Of a DNA stretch of 64,000 bases, positions 1 through 13,699 are shown in pieces. Within the stretch, counting starts at the first letter, position 1; each line of letters starts with the position of its first letter. The position numbers and the translations under genes were made by a program. The notes beneath the pieces are model-generated. The model had not been told where the DNA came from. It did no database searches and saw only the letters and a program-made list of their open reading frames with translations. Origin of the DNA: Eledone cirrhosa (lineage: Eukaryota); the NCBI GenBank assembly GCA_964016885.1, contig OZ024740.1, positions 68,572,001 through 68,636,000 on the forward strand, written 5' to 3'.

Positions 1-92
1 TCTCACTGTGTAACACACTTCTCTCTGTGTAATATATGTGTATATATGTAAAGCGAGATAGCGAGAGAGAGATAGACATAGATATATACAGA

Positions 93-124
<32 letters not shown>

Positions 125-480
125 TATATAGGGAGGGAGAGAGAGAGAGAGAGCGATATTTATATATATAAATATATGTGTGTATATGAATTTACACACG
201 CTTCATTTAAGCTATAGCTGTGTTTGTACCTAGGTGGAGGTGTTGAAACATTTATAGAATAAGTCATATGTCATTGTGTTGTTGTGTCGGCCATCATTTC
301 ATACGGTATTCTTTCTTAATAAACTTACTATTGATCTGTCTGCTCTGCGTTACTTCTTTTCTTGCTTCAGTAGACTGATGCAAAACTTCGTTTCCCCGTG
401 AGTGCACTGCATTATATCGGTAATAGATAGATAGTTCACTTACTCCTATTCCTTTCATCCTCATAATCATATCGTTATTT

Positions 481-626
481 CTTCTTCTTCTTCTTCTTCT
501 TCTTCTTCTTCTTCTTCTCGTATGCAGTAGCAGCAACAGCAACAGTCTTTTTAGTTGTTGTAGTAGCACAAACAGTAGAAGTAGTTGTAACAGCAGTACA
601 CTAGTAGTAATAGTAGTAGTAGTAGT

Positions 627-676
<50 letters not shown>

Positions 677-690
677 TAGTAATGGTAGTA
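481..690. repeat. Compound trinucleotide microsatellite (CTT)n/(TAG)n/(CAG)n
   Basis: Direct inspection; explains the low-complexity ORF 294..746. Confidence 0.95.
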
Positions 691-869
691 AAATTCATTA
701 GCTTTTTTTCGTCTGTCATCACAACATCATTGCTTCTTGTAGACATATCTTCGGTCCACGTCCGTGTTATTTATTATAATGACACACATATTCATGCACG
801 CACACAGAGTCACACCCATATATATATATATATTCATTCATAATACATACATACACACACACACACACA

Positions 870-939
<70 letters not shown>

Positions 940-1464
940 GGCCTTCCTATTTCATTTTATATTATATACATGTCTGTGTATATTTTAATCATTCAAAAAT
1001 CATTTTTAAGTGAACTTGATTTTAAAAAATATTTTTAAGCGAACGTGACCCAATGGGTCACGTGTGGTCTATTACAGATATGAAATGTACTGTATATTTA
1101 TAAAATGATATACCAACATTCCACACATGGTGTTGTTCTATTCACAGATTTACACGGTGGTATTACTACGAACAACCGAGAACATATCCAAACAAAATCC
1201 ACCCAGGCGATTGACAACGACACACACAGTGATCTCCAGCCCACCGATGTGCTGTCCCTCCCTTCTGCTTATTCTGGAACGACTACAATTAACCGCTAAT
1301 TCATGATTGGTAATTCCATAATAAATATACTTGCAATCGATTGAAACCATGTCCGTATAGCATAACCATTCTTCCCCACACTCAATACAAAATGCTGTTG
1401 CGTATGAAAAGTCGATTATATTGATAAGAGTTGTTTAAATGCACTTAAAAGAATCGATCTTAGA

Positions 1465-1560
1465 ACGATGATAGGTAAAATTAGCCTGAAAGGAATTTGA
1501 ACTCAGAACGTAAAGTGCGGGAACATATACTTCCAGTTTTTTGTCCGACGTTCTTATGTG
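1465..1560 (-). mobile_element. Degenerate tRNA-derived SINE fragment
   Basis: ggaatttgaactcagaacgtaaag matches the reverse complement of the B-box region of the SINE family seen at 11792, 22944 and 25161. Confidence 0.55.
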
Positions 1561-2699
1561 TCTATCTGAACTCCCCAACCGAAAGCATGTAGTCCTTCAT
1601 CATTCCACACGGCAGTATTATCAATTTGCAACTAAGTGTATTGGACTTTTGGATATTAACTTGAATATCTAAAATTGTAGTAAATAGATGCAGACCACCG
1701 ACTCATAAGCATAGGTGTCCTGAATATATCAAGGGTAGCTTCATATCAATCCTATTTTGGCATGTCGAACAATGTTTCTTCTTTTTATTTAACCAAATTC
1801 AGACGAGTCAATGGTCCCCGGAGAGAACCCTATATTTTGGAATAGGGATTATTTAACATGCCGGTTACAGTTTTTTCATCATCAGTTGGGATATTTATAC
1901 ATTTTCCTATGGTGTGCTTTTATGTCGAGAATTGCTGTGAGTATTCTATATTTGTTTAAATTCATATTTGCGTTACTTATCTCCGCATACTCTATGCTAA
2001 TAAACAACATAATAACAGAACAAAAGAAAAATAAATATAAAAATGATCTAGTTGTTGATTTAAAATATCGCATTTCAAGAATGAACTATCAACATACATT
2101 ATAAGAATATGTTGTAAGGAAAAGAAACATGGATTGATACTTCAGATATTAGATTTCTGCCGTTGTTCCGGTTGCAATGGTTGTTCTCAATGTGATTATT
2201 ATTGCAGTCATAGTTTTCGTTGTGCGTTTCGAGTGTCCTTGAAGAATATTCATAATTATTTCTTTCGTTGTATGACAGTTGTAGAGGGCTGTGAATGTAG
2301 AGGGTTCTGGCCTTGTTTGAAATGGAAACGTATACGGGGTTTTATAGAAAACACTTCCTTGAGATAGTAAATTAAGCATACCGATTCATAGATTGAGATT
2401 AATTAATTACCCCCAAATCATGTCTGAAGACACTTAGTTTAAGTAAACATTGTAGTAACGGTCAAGTCCCCTGGATAATTTTATAGAAACAACTTAACTG
2501 TTAAATGTTATGACTTCTTTTATTGTTGCAGTAACACATTCAAGGCCTACACAGAAGCCATACTGCTTTATCGATGATATCACTCCCATAGACCCTCCCC
2601 TCGTATTTCGACAATTGAGTGTTCAGCAGTATTCTCAGCTATCTTTGTATTGTTATCTTTTAAATTTAACTTGAGTTCACCAGTTCGTTTACACATCGA

Positions 2700-3800
2700 A
2701 CATCATTTAGTGAAGATGACAGGATTTTGACCGAAGCAGAAGAAAAGGTTTGATCGAATCTTGGACTTAAATTATATAAACGAACCAGCCAATATATTTT
2801 CAAAGTTGTTTATAGCTTCATGGAAGAGAATTATCCATTTACCACGGCCAGCAACTAAGGCTTCAGAAGAAGTAAGGGGTATATCCACCGATTTAAGATT
2901 GCACTTCAGTTTGACTTTATATTTGAGTAATGGTCTGTCTGCATTACGTACACCATTATAAAGTTGGCTGTATGATATCAAGCTTATAAATGTGGATAAC
3001 TCTGGGCCATATAATAGTGTGGACTGGGCCATATAATAGTGTGGACTTCACGATAAAGTGGAACATTCGTTTTCAGGGATATACCTCTGATAGCCAATAG
3101 ACGATGATGTACTTTGATAAAGGAGCGAAAGTTTTCGGTGACGCAATTAACGATCTCATGATCAGCTTACTGCCAAGGTATGTAAAAGAGTTTACATAAT
3201 TCAGACCTTTGTCATAAATAGTGATAGAAACGGGAATGCCCTTGCTTCGGCTGTCCCTGCTTAAAATCTTCTACTTGTCTCGGGTTTTGGCTGAAGTACC
3301 ACTTTGAAATGCTGAATGCTAAACTAAACGACGTATAGGCAAGCGAGAAGCGGTTCATCAGGTTTTTTTAGTGCCTATTCTAGGGATAATGCATCAAGTG
3401 CAGCATCATCCGCAAACAGTAAATCAGGAATAATACTTGTTCGTCTAAGTGCTTTAGCTTTAAGGCTCTGATGGTTGAATTTCCCACCCAATGCATGGAA
3501 TTCAAATCTGATAGCAATGCGTAAGTTGCCAAAAGCATACTACAGCATTATAGAGAAGAACAAAGCAAAGAAAGCTGGAGACATGCCACAAACCTACTTC
3601 GAAGTCTTTGTGACACCAAAGCGTTAAGAGGATTCAAACATTGACAACATTGGTGTTTCGTGTTCTGGTGAAAGGAAATGATGATATTCAGCATATTGAT
3701 AGGTATCCCAAGGTTTGTGTGGACATCCCAGAGACCTTTGCGATTGACAGGTGATTGATTCCAAGGAATATTACATCGGCAATTAATGTCATCCAACAGG
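2700..3800 (-). mobile_element. Decayed RTE-clade LINE, RT and C-terminal fragment
   Basis: Minus-strand translation gives VNRKGLW..LGIPINMLNIIISFH (~3670-3750), IIPDLLFADDAA (~3399-3435), STLLYGPE and LKYKVKLKCNLKSVDIP..RGKW. These are RTE RT motifs in the correct order, with frameshifts and deletions. Confidence 0.85.
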
Positions 3801-4099
3801 TTCTCATGTATAACGAAGCAAACATCAAAAAACGCTTGAAAGCTGTTTATAAAATTTAAATCTAAATTTCATTCCAAGGAAAATAAACCGGGGCATTTTT
3901 CTCTGAGAGATTTTTATAAGATGGGAATTTTAAGTCCAAAAATATTAGGAAGAAAGAAACAACAGCAATAAAAAAAAATCAGATTACCGTCATGTTACCG
4001 TCCATTTTGCATTGTTTAGCCTTATATCTCTTTCCACATATTATATACCATGATTTATGCAAACTAGAACATTACACACACACACACACACTCATATAC

Positions 4100-4178
<79 letters not shown>

Positions 4179-4224
4179 AAAGAAATAAGATTTCTCTTCA
4201 ATCATAGCTTTAAACAATATGTGT

Positions 4225-4530
4225 AGAAATTTCGTATTTCTAAAGAAATTCGGCTTTAGGAAGCCGTAGCAATGGAAACACCGGGGATCTAACGCCATCT
4301 GGTGGGGTCCAGCAGAAGCAAGGGGGACGACCGTCTATCAATTTCAGGCTTGACTGGCCTTCGTCAGTCTTTTGCAAGACTTCTTATCTGAAAACGTGTG
4401 TTGAAACAGATATTGTTATACTTATTGAGGGTGATGCTGCCAATATAAACACACGCACCTGTTTATTTTCACTTCAATTTATTACAAATTTCAGGGTGGT
4501 TGGTTCAATAACCGAATCGATTTTAATGCT
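4225..4530 (-). mobile_element. Small non-coding repeat (family H1) with hammerhead-like core
   Basis: Minus strand reads CTGACGA-aggc-cagtcaa-gcct-GAAA-ttga-TA (~4335-4367); a diverged copy lies at 16350-16510 (+). Stem I is poor. Confidence 0.55.
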
Positions 4531-4619
4531 TTATTATAGCTCTTTTGTTACATATTATGTGACCTCCTTTCTTATTGTATGTCTCTCCATTGTTCTGTTA
4601 TACACCATCTTGTTTTTGT

Positions 4620-5499
4620 GTGTTGTGTGATTGAAGAGTCTGGTCTCTTGCGATAAAATCTCTTTCTAAACTGCCTCCAAACCTCTACATAGTAGTCTTT
4701 GTTGACTGTCTGACCTTGGTGGACCCAGGGAATTTAGTTGGTGCCCTTGCTGTCGAATGATGGGATCATCATGACCTTCACAGTAGCCTGCTTTCACTGG
4801 CTTTCTTCGGTCTCTGGATCATAACAGTAGACCCAGCTCTCATCACAGCTTACCAGAGACTCAAGAACAGTTGCATCCGATGTGATCCACTCAACCATCT
4901 ACCTGTTGTCATCAACGAGCCTATGGCTTTGGGAACAAACATTGCGCATGCTCAGATAGTCATGATTGACTCTGTTCACAGTGCCCTCACCCACATCAAA
5001 TGTTTAGCAATCGTCAAAAGTTATGCACCACCGTACTCGTCCAGACATTTGTGAATTTTGTAGACCAAATTTGACATGATGTAGTCTCTCTCCTTGTCAT
5101 ACCTCTAATCGTTCCTCTCTTGTTCTCTGCATAACTGGACCACCTTGTGCTAGTGGAAAACTTTTCACCGCCACATGTAAGTTTGTCCATAAACAGTTTT
5201 GACCATTTCATATATTTCTGCCGCGTTTTCACCGAGATTGACACTGAACTTTATGGAATAGCGAACCTCCAGCTTGTCCTGACGGTCCGTTTGTGGAACC
5301 AATGAACTGTGGCAAGGCCTGAATAACTGGTAGTGTTTAAAGTGCTTGATCGGCCCGAACTCTCAAGCTGGAAAAGAAGGATATGGCATGTTAGTTCATT
5401 ATAAGCATATCAAGGATGTATTAGAATAACAGTTACGTAGGTCAACTAAATGTAACTGAAAATAAAAAAGTTTCAAACCTAACTGCTTGAGTGTACCTC

Positions 5500-5501
<2 letters not shown>
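4620..5501 (-). mobile_element. Decayed mariner transposase fragment with one TIR
   Basis: Minus strand gives LVSCDESWVYCYDPET and KVMMIPSFDSKG..QGQTVNKDYYVEVWRQFRKRFYRKRP; the terminus reads TA-TACGAGG next to (TA)n. Confidence 0.85.
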
Positions 5502-5553
<52 letters not shown>

Positions 5554-5554
<1 letters not shown>

Positions 5555-5720
5555 TACGACGAGTTTCTGCTGCAGTTTCTGTTCACCAAATTACACACAC
5601 ATATCCTTGTTTAACCAGAGGCATTGGTGGACATATTTCCTATAGGTTCTTGGTTTTAGTCAGAACCAGGCAGTTACGATGCAGACACCAGAAATACATT
5701 TCTAAGCCCGAGGCTGTAAA
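5554..5720 (-). mobile_element. Degenerate SINE-like repeat next to (TA)n (second family)
   Basis: tacgacgagtttctgctgcagtttctgttcaccaaatt... resembles from memory an abundant octopus microsatellite-associated SINE; a similar relic lies near 31500-31620. Confidence 0.4.
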
Positions 5721-7475
5721 TTATATATTATATCCGTGACATCAATGGATTTATTACTTAGATAATAATGTGTATCTAAAGTTCTAATTCCTAGATATAC
5801 TGATCGGCTTTGATGAAATTTCTGCAGATATAAGAGATGAATCTTGAAGTCTTGGTAGGTGTAAATTAACACCTACTTCTATTAATCTTGGAAATATATC
5901 CATTAATGCAACAGATTGTTCTATGAATTAACAACAAAAAACGACTATTTCGTTTAATTCAATTGATTTCATAAATACACAAGTAGTTTGTTTTCCAGAC
6001 AGTCAAATATCGGATAGCTTGTGCATATTTTATTGTTAGCAAAGTGTGAAATTATTTCATTTTACAGTGGGTGGTGCTGCAGTTTATAAATGAATGAACT
6101 ATTTTACATATCAGCAGCACTATGAAATTGGCAGGTCAGACCTATCTAGCCTACATTTTTAAATATGTACCGACTCTGGCCATCCGTACTTTTCGCAGTT
6201 AGAATGTACCCGAAACGACATTTTCCGAAGTGTACGATATTTCTATGTCGATGGGACGTGATTTCAATACTTATAGGTCCGCTAATTTTAGCAGTTTGTT
6301 CATCCACATATTATCCCCCGTATTGCAGTGCTCAATATCTCCGGAGTTTAGTTCTTAATCGAAATAATTTTTTATGACTTGCTGTTAAAACGACACATGC
6401 GCATAAAATGTTCAGCTCTGACATTACAGATTAGTTGTTTGCGAAGGTAACTTACTCCGAGGAAAATGGATGAAAATCTTTATTGAATACACTGGAAATT
6501 TGAATTTAAAAAAATGAAAATAGGGCAAATATCCTAAAAGATTAGTAAATATAGCAGTTTAATGAATACCGTTTGATAAGTAGCCAGAGGCTGTTTCCTT
6601 TCTTGATGTCAACATTCTCTCTTTTTTCCCGGATCGATAATATATATACCATTCTAGCACTTGGCTTTCGGATTGGAGATTGCGGATTTAGGACTATGTT
6701 TAGAAGTCAAATCAAATGACATTAAATATGAATCTAACCGGAAATGACTTTCACTCAAACGAAAGAATAGAAATGAATGCAGTGAAGACGTTTTGAATCT
6801 GCGTCCTACTATTTAAACTCAATTAAAAATTATAAATATTTATTCAGCGTCTAAAAAAATTAATTAAATATATATTGATTTGATAAAAATGCCTCATAGA
6901 TAGGGGATTGGAGGATGGAAATATTATCGCTTGAATATATCTTGATTTAGTGACATTAACAATGTGAGGGAAATTACTCAAAATGAAAAATGAACATATT
7001 TGCGAATCTGACTCACTATGATGTTAGGGCAATAGTTTCCGTACTGGACCTTCTGAAACTATATTCAAGTCAATTAATGGAGAGTAATAAAATATTAATT
7101 ATCAATGAGACTGGGGTAGTTTAGATAGAAACCATGTCGTAGTAATAGTTTGGTTCACGGCTATAATCAGTTCAAATCTCACAGTGGGGCGGTTTATATT
7201 TTGTTGCATTGAAAGTTATATAACATTCACTGGCACATTGTACACGGGAATAATACCACTTATACCGGTATCTGGAAGATATGGGGTCAATTCCTCATAG
7301 CGGCCGTTCGAAACTTCTTTTTCGTCTGTTAAGTGTCTGCATCCTATTTTATATTCTACCTTTATAGCATTTCCTCGCTTGAGAACTTTCTTTATACTCT
7401 TTGTGCATATATATATATATTCTCAATGCTTCAAAAGATGAAATTTCGGCAGCGTATATATATATGTGTGTATTT

Positions 7476-7857
7476 GTAGAGGTTATATTTAATTTGTTGG
7501 GATACAACAAGCAAAATAGTTTTATAACTGATATAAAGCACTCACCAAATTATTGGAGTAAATATACAATATATTAACAAATAGAAACTATATTTATAAA
7601 ACCATATTTATTTCATTATACATATTTCAAGGGACACTAAGTCAAACTATGGTGCGCTTTCATCAAATAAAATATATCCAGGAGATTCCAAGCAGAATGG
7701 TTGCATTTTTTCAGAGTATGTCAATATTTATTTATAAAACTAACCTATATTATATTTTATCTGATGAAAGCACACCATAGTTTGCCTTGGTGGCCGTTGA
7801 AATATGTATAATGAAATAAATATGGTTTTATAAATATAATTTCTATTTGTTAATATA

Positions 7858-7860
<3 letters not shown>
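7476..7860. mobile_element. Back-to-back inverted pair of HHR repeat family H2
   Basis: ~7560-7676 is the reverse complement of ~7750-7860; the same family occurs at 51471-51808; flanked by TA repeats. Confidence 0.85.
7753..7818 (+). ncRNA. Type I hammerhead ribozyme (family H2)
   Basis: tattttat-CTGATGA-aagcacacca..tggtggccgtt-GAAA-tatgta-TA-atgaaata; stem I tattttat/atgaaata. The inverted copy at ~7609-7673 has C3>T. Confidence 0.75.
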
Positions 7861-7902
<42 letters not shown>

Positions 7903-7908
<6 letters not shown>

Positions 7909-8615
7909 CGGAGTGAGTTTCTTGGTCAGTGCCCAAGTCTCAGACCCGTATAGCAGCACAAACTCCACTACAGCAATGAAGAGGCGGATTTTCAGGTCTT
8001 TACGAAGGTCAGACTTCCACACCGATCACAAGCTGTGGCACGCCGCCCGCTTTGCTCTTCCTCTCAACCACATCATCTTCCGTATTCCCAATCTCTGCTC
8101 CCAAATACAGGAAGTCCTCAACCAATTCTAGCGGCTTCCTGCCTACATTAGTGATCCCCTCTGTCTTCTCAACATTCTCTACCAGATATTTTGTTTTTGT
8201 CTCATTCATTCTGAGCCACACACTCATCGACACAGTCTCAACCTCCTGCATTAAATCCTCGCCTCCTTCACTGTATTTGTCACCAAAACTATGTCGTCGG
8301 CAAATTCAGCATCTGATACCTTTTTCGCCTTAACTCTCCTGCTCTGAGCCGGTTCTACAGTAAAGCCAGGGTCATGGTGTTTCTCCAGTGCAAGGCGCAT
8401 AAAATAGTCCACTACGATGAGTTGACATTGCACTCAGTGCTCCTGGGGGAGCCCCTACATGGACACACTGGAAGAGGAAGACCAAGGTTAACGTATGTTG
8501 ATGCCCTAAGGACAGACACTGGTGTGTTGGAGACGCAGGACATGGCAGCAATAATGAGGGACAGTGACCCTGGAGAGATCTCGTCCATGGATCTCTGGAA
8601 TTTTACCTGCCCTAG
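7903..8615. mobile_element. RTE-X-like LINE fragment with internal inversion, between two (TA)n tracts
   Basis: Minus part (7903-~8418) has IVVDYFMR..EFADDIVL, VEDFLYLG and VLLYGSETW. Plus part (~8410-8615) has HSVLLGEPLHGHTGRGRPRLTYVDAL (C-terminal motif). Confidence 0.85.
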
Positions 8616-8641
8616 ATATATATATATATATATATATATAT

Positions 8642-8698
<57 letters not shown>

Positions 8699-9668
8699 AT
8701 ATATAGTGAATTGTTTTCGTTTATATTATTATTGTTTTGGGAGTGGAGAGGGGTGTAGTTCATGGCAAGGTAAGAAGAGTGAGCTATAGGTAGCTGAGGG
8801 GGAGAATCTAACATATAATATAATGTATTAAAGGAGATAAAACATATTTTAAAACAATATACCTGTTGTGTTGTACGGTTTGTTTAGGTGAAAGTAGAGA
8901 TGTAGAAAGATGAGTGTTTGAGATATAATGTTAGAATTAATGTTAAGCTAGGACTAGTAATAGGTTTAGTGTGAGAAGATTTTCTATGAGCTGTCACGTA
9001 CCTTCAATCCTCCCACAAATTGTTACTCGGACTGGGATGACAAATCTTTTAATTCTGCTTCTTAGACGATGTTCTGTCTGTTCTTAAAAAAGAAATATGC
9101 GGAAAAATATGTGGAAGCAGAATAACCATAAAGATACTTGCGAAACAAGGGACACGATGGGTCTACGTGTAGTGGGGGTACATTTTATTAAGAAGCAGAT
9201 GTAATCTGGAGACATGGAAAGTTCTATACATATACTCCGACGGGTAATGGATTGGCCAAACTAGGAATAACCTAGTCTGATAAATGATTATTAACCCCAA
9301 AGTACTCACTGTCATGTGACCCATACTAACAGCAAAATGACACGTAGTCCGTAGCCATGTGTCCGTTAACGGTAACTATACTAACATTAAAACTAATGAT
9401 AATTCTAACTCTTACAGAAACACTAATTATAATTCTGGCACTAAATCTGAAACATCATATTTCTATAACTTAACCTTCACCAAAGAAAACAATAAAGCAT
9501 AAAACGTATATCATTTGTTCTCGTTTATTCTATCTTATTTTATTCCCGCTTCCCTCACTCAATCCCCAGCAGCTCACGCTTCATATCGTGCCGTAAGCAA
9601 CAGGCACTACAAAAATACTCCACCATCCTCTACACATAGAAACATGTTGCTTGACATACACCAACTCA

Positions 9669-9784
<116 letters not shown>

Positions 9785-9839
9785 AAGTGGTAGCTTAGTA
9801 AAATCGAAGCTTCGGCTGAGGGCAAGCAAATCTACCTAC

Positions 9840-10418
9840 ATATATGCATACAGACGTACAGTAGTATGTATATTAATACATATATATATGTACGTATGGA
9901 TTTACCGAACATTTATTATAATGCTCGTTTTTTTTGTAAATAAACATTCCGAATTAAGCCGTACAGTGTTTAACAACCATCGTTGCCCTTTCGTTCAACA
10001 CTGACAAAGGAACAATGTACTAGTTTCAAGCTTATTAGCTATCGTCAGCACCGTATACCTTCCTGCCAGATGATTGAACCTCTGAAAGTATATACTTTCC
10101 TTATGCATATTAACGGCTAAGTAGCCGAATTTGCATATCGAGTGTGTTAATCGGCCGGGCGCACCGAAAACGATACATGGAAAAAATAAAACGAAATTTC
10201 ATTTCTCACTCTTAGTACGACTGTTACTTAATTATAAGTATGTATACATACATGCATATATGTATACATACGTACAGTAGTGTGTGTATACATACATACA
10301 CGCACACATATATGTATATATGTACGTATGAGTTTACCGAACATTTATTATAATGCTCGTTTTTTTTGTAAACAAACAGCCCGAATTATTAGCCGTACAG
10401 TGTTCGGCAACCATCGTT
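9840..10418 (-). mobile_element. HHR repeat family H3, about 1.4 head-to-tail copies of a ~420-nt monomer
   Basis: cgtacagtag..ccgaacatttattataatgctcg..aaccatcgttg occurs at 9855 and again at 10271; further copies at 12990-13680, 48955-49285 and 50795-51380. Confidence 0.85.
10012..10054 (-). ncRNA. Minimal type I hammerhead ribozyme (family H3)
   Basis: acggtg-CTGACGA-tagct-aata-agctt-GAAA-ctag-TA-cattgt; full core, palindromic stem III (CTAG), GUA cleavage triplet. Confidence 0.85.
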
Positions 10419-10680
10419 GTTCTTCTGGTTTTCAAAAGTAGAATTGAGATGGAGGATTTGTGGGTTTTCTCACATCTGTGAGAAAAACCACAAACTCTCC
10501 ATCTCAATTCTACTTTTGAAAAGCAGAAGAACTGCGAAACTGGTAAAGGAACCAATGAAATATATATATTTTTTTTAAAAGACACCAGTTACATTTTCGA
10601 TTTCATCCTTTTTCCTTATACTTTCCTGTGAGTAGGACACCTCGATTTTTTTTTCATTTTGTAAAAAAACCTCACTTTCT
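10419..10680. repeat. 114-bp fold-back palindrome (10419-10532) continuing into a decayed HHR repeat
   Basis: Arms pair around ctcaca-TC-tgtgag; the right arm continues ctt-TTGAAAA-gcag-aagaa-ctgc-GAAA-ctgg-TA-aag (10513-10548, two core substitutions). Confidence 0.8.
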
Positions 10681-10681
10681 A

Positions 10682-10790
<109 letters not shown>

Positions 10791-11791
10791 GAGAGGTCGG
10801 CAGATAGATAAATGTACATATGTATACAAATATACATATATATATATATAAATGCATACATACGCATATGTTATTATACATGATATGCATGCGCATGTGT
10901 GTGGCTGTAACTATCTATATATGTGAGCGTGTGTAAAGAAATATATCTATCTAAAATACAGAAAGATATATATGTGAGCGTGTGTGCGCGCATGAGCCTG
11001 TCCGGTTATGTATGTATGTTCCTATATATATTATTTTATTATTTCACATGACAATAACGTTGCCGACTGTATACCACTTTTGGCATTTCCAATCAAATTT
11101 TTAGCAACAGGGAATGAAACTTGAATAGAAAACCAAAAGGAAGACGTTAGTCTTTCAAATCCTAAAGCAGCAAAAGCATGTTCTTGATAAATCAACAAAA
11201 CAATGCAATAGTAAATATATCTATATTTTAAAATAATTTTATTCTCTTTTCATATTTCATGAATTTTTTGGGAAGATATTTGAATCAACAAAATAACAGT
11301 TAACTTCAGTTGCAAGTGACAACAATATTTATCAAGAATCAGATGCATATTTTGAAAACTTTCTTCGTTTTTTTTGCTCTCAAACATTTAAAAGAATATT
11401 TTTTAACAATTTTAAAAGACCACGCGGTTTGTTGAATATATATATTCGATGATTATATCCACTCTAATACATCAATGATACCTGGAGGTGGAATGTTCAA
11501 ATTTGATTTTAACATGTTGGAATTCAGAAGGTAACTAAATGTCGCTACATATTTAATGACTCTGCCAATACATTGTATTTTGTAACCAAATAAATAGAAT
11601 TTACTTCTAATATAAGAGTCGGAGAAACTCGATTAATTCCATCCGAGTGCGAGACGTTTTCTCTCATTAATTGCGGAGGGTTGTAAGGTAAACTTGACTT
11701 CAGCAGGATTTAAAATATGAATGTAAAGATCCGAGGATAATACCTCTAGGTATTTTGCCAAACCACCACCCTTAATAATAATAGTAGTAAA

Positions 11792-11982
11792 AATAATTGT
11801 TTCTACTTTTGGCACAAGGCCAGCAATTATCCCAGTGCATTACCGGTACTTTATTTTATCGACCCCGTAAGGGTGAAAGGCAAAGTTAACCTCGGCGGGA
11901 TTTGAACTCAGTCCGTAATGGGACGTAACTCTATGCGTCAAAGCATGGTGTCCGACCCTCTACCGATACTGCCAATCCACCG
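11792..11982 (-). mobile_element. tRNA-derived SINE, full length (~190 bp)
   Basis: A-box-like tggcagtatcgg, B-box gagttcaaatcc and an (ATT)n tail; many copies in the window. Confidence 0.9.
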
Positions 11983-12880
11983 AAAAATATTACTATTCGT
12001 AGCAGCAGCAGCTAGAATGAAAACTACATGAAAGCCAACAAATTGAACTGGTTAGTTATTATGAATACAAAAAAAAAATAATAATAATAATAAACATATA
12101 CAATCTATTGTACCTTACGTAATAGGTATACAAGAAACTAATGTTATTTATTGGACCTCGCTGACTGATGCCAACATCGTCGTATTTAATACTTTTTTAA
12201 CGTTTAGAGATCAGTACCATTGCATGGCCAATTGAGAGAGCATTCTCTAATATAGCCTCGGATTAACCGATATATAATCAGGGATAGCGCATAAAGGAAA
12301 ATGTAATGAACGTAGTTTTCTGTTCTAGAGATGTTTCTTCGACATTAGATTACAAATAATAATTGTTATTATTTCTTACTCGCTGATTGGAATATGCGGG
12401 AAAATGTCATTTTATATGTTCTCTTTGACTAAGCGATAGAAAAATCCCGCTACAATCGACATTCATTCAACACTCTGATGTTGATAAAAAAATGATCCAG
12501 CATATATGCTGTTACCTTTATTGGCGCTAACCTTGCATGAAAAGAGACGAACATGTGCCAATGTAATTAATAACTAATCTAAGGAAGCATAAGATAAGTA
12601 TAATAATGGTATGAAATAGAATTTGTGTTAAATGTGGCAAATAAAGACAGAAATATGTGCAATATCTAGCACAGGTGATTTCAAGGGTTAGATTTTATTT
12701 CATTGATTCAACGAGAAATCATGTATGCACGCTTATGTCAGAAAAGTATTTACTACAAAACTGAAGAAGACATACAGCTCTCCACGGCTTCTTACGTATG
12801 CCAATAATAGTGATGTGAACTGCTAGAACTGTTGCCCGTTTGATTCGAAATAATATGAAGATTAATAACAGTTCACCCGC

Positions 12881-12929
<49 letters not shown>

Positions 12930-12952
12930 ATATATGCGTGCGCCTAAGTGTG

Positions 12953-12989
<37 letters not shown>

Positions 12990-12990
<1 letters not shown>

Positions 12991-13680
12991 AGTATGTATA
13001 CGTGCATACATATATGTATACAGACGTACAGTAGTATGTATATATATACATACATGCACACATATATATATCTACGTATGGATTCAGCGAACATTTATTA
13101 TAATGCTCGGAGTGTTTGTAAACAAACATCCCGAATTAAGCCGTACTGTGTTTAGCAACCATCGTTGCTCATTTGTTCAACGCTGACAAAGGAACGCTGT
13201 ACTAGTTTCAAGATTATTAGCTATCGTCAGCAACGAATACCTTCCTGCCAGATTGTTGAACGTATATACGTACCATATGTATATTAACGGCTGAGTAGCC
13301 CAATTTGCATATCGAGTGGGTTAATCGGCCGGGTGCACCGAAAACGATAAACGGAAAAAATCAAACGAAATTTCATTTCCCACTCTTACCATGCATAAGG
13401 TAAGTATATACGTTCAACAATTTGGCAGGAAGGTATACGTTGCTGACGTTAGCTAATAAGCTTGAAATTAGTACAGCGTTCCTTTGTCAGTGTTGAACAA
13501 AGGAGCAACGATGGTTGCTAGACACTGCGGCTTAATACGGGATGTTTGTTTACAAACACACCGAGCATTATAATAAATGTTCGGTGAACCCATACGTACA
13601 TATATATATGTGTGCATGTATGTGTATATATACATACTACTGTACGTCTGTATACCTATATGTATGTACGTGTACATACT
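12990..13680. mobile_element. Back-to-back inverted pair of family H3
   Basis: 12990-13390 (minus sense) and 13405-13680 (plus sense) are mutually reverse-complementary over ~280 bp; (TA)n on both flanks. Confidence 0.9.
13195..13235 (-). ncRNA. Minimal type I hammerhead ribozyme (family H3)
   Basis: cgttg-CTGACGA-tagctaataatctt-GAAA-ctag-TA-cagcg. The opposite copy at 13437-13479 (+) has A9>T. Confidence 0.75.
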
Positions 13681-13699
13681 TATATATATATATAATATT

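Noticed and set aside
1040-1065. Hairpin acgtgaccc-aat-gggtcacgt
   Set aside because: It is an isolated 9-bp stem with no second copy or associated motif in the window.
11792-11982. tRNA genes suggested by A and B boxes
   Set aside because: There is no cloverleaf; the copies are multicopy, tailed and TSD-flanked, so they are SINEs.
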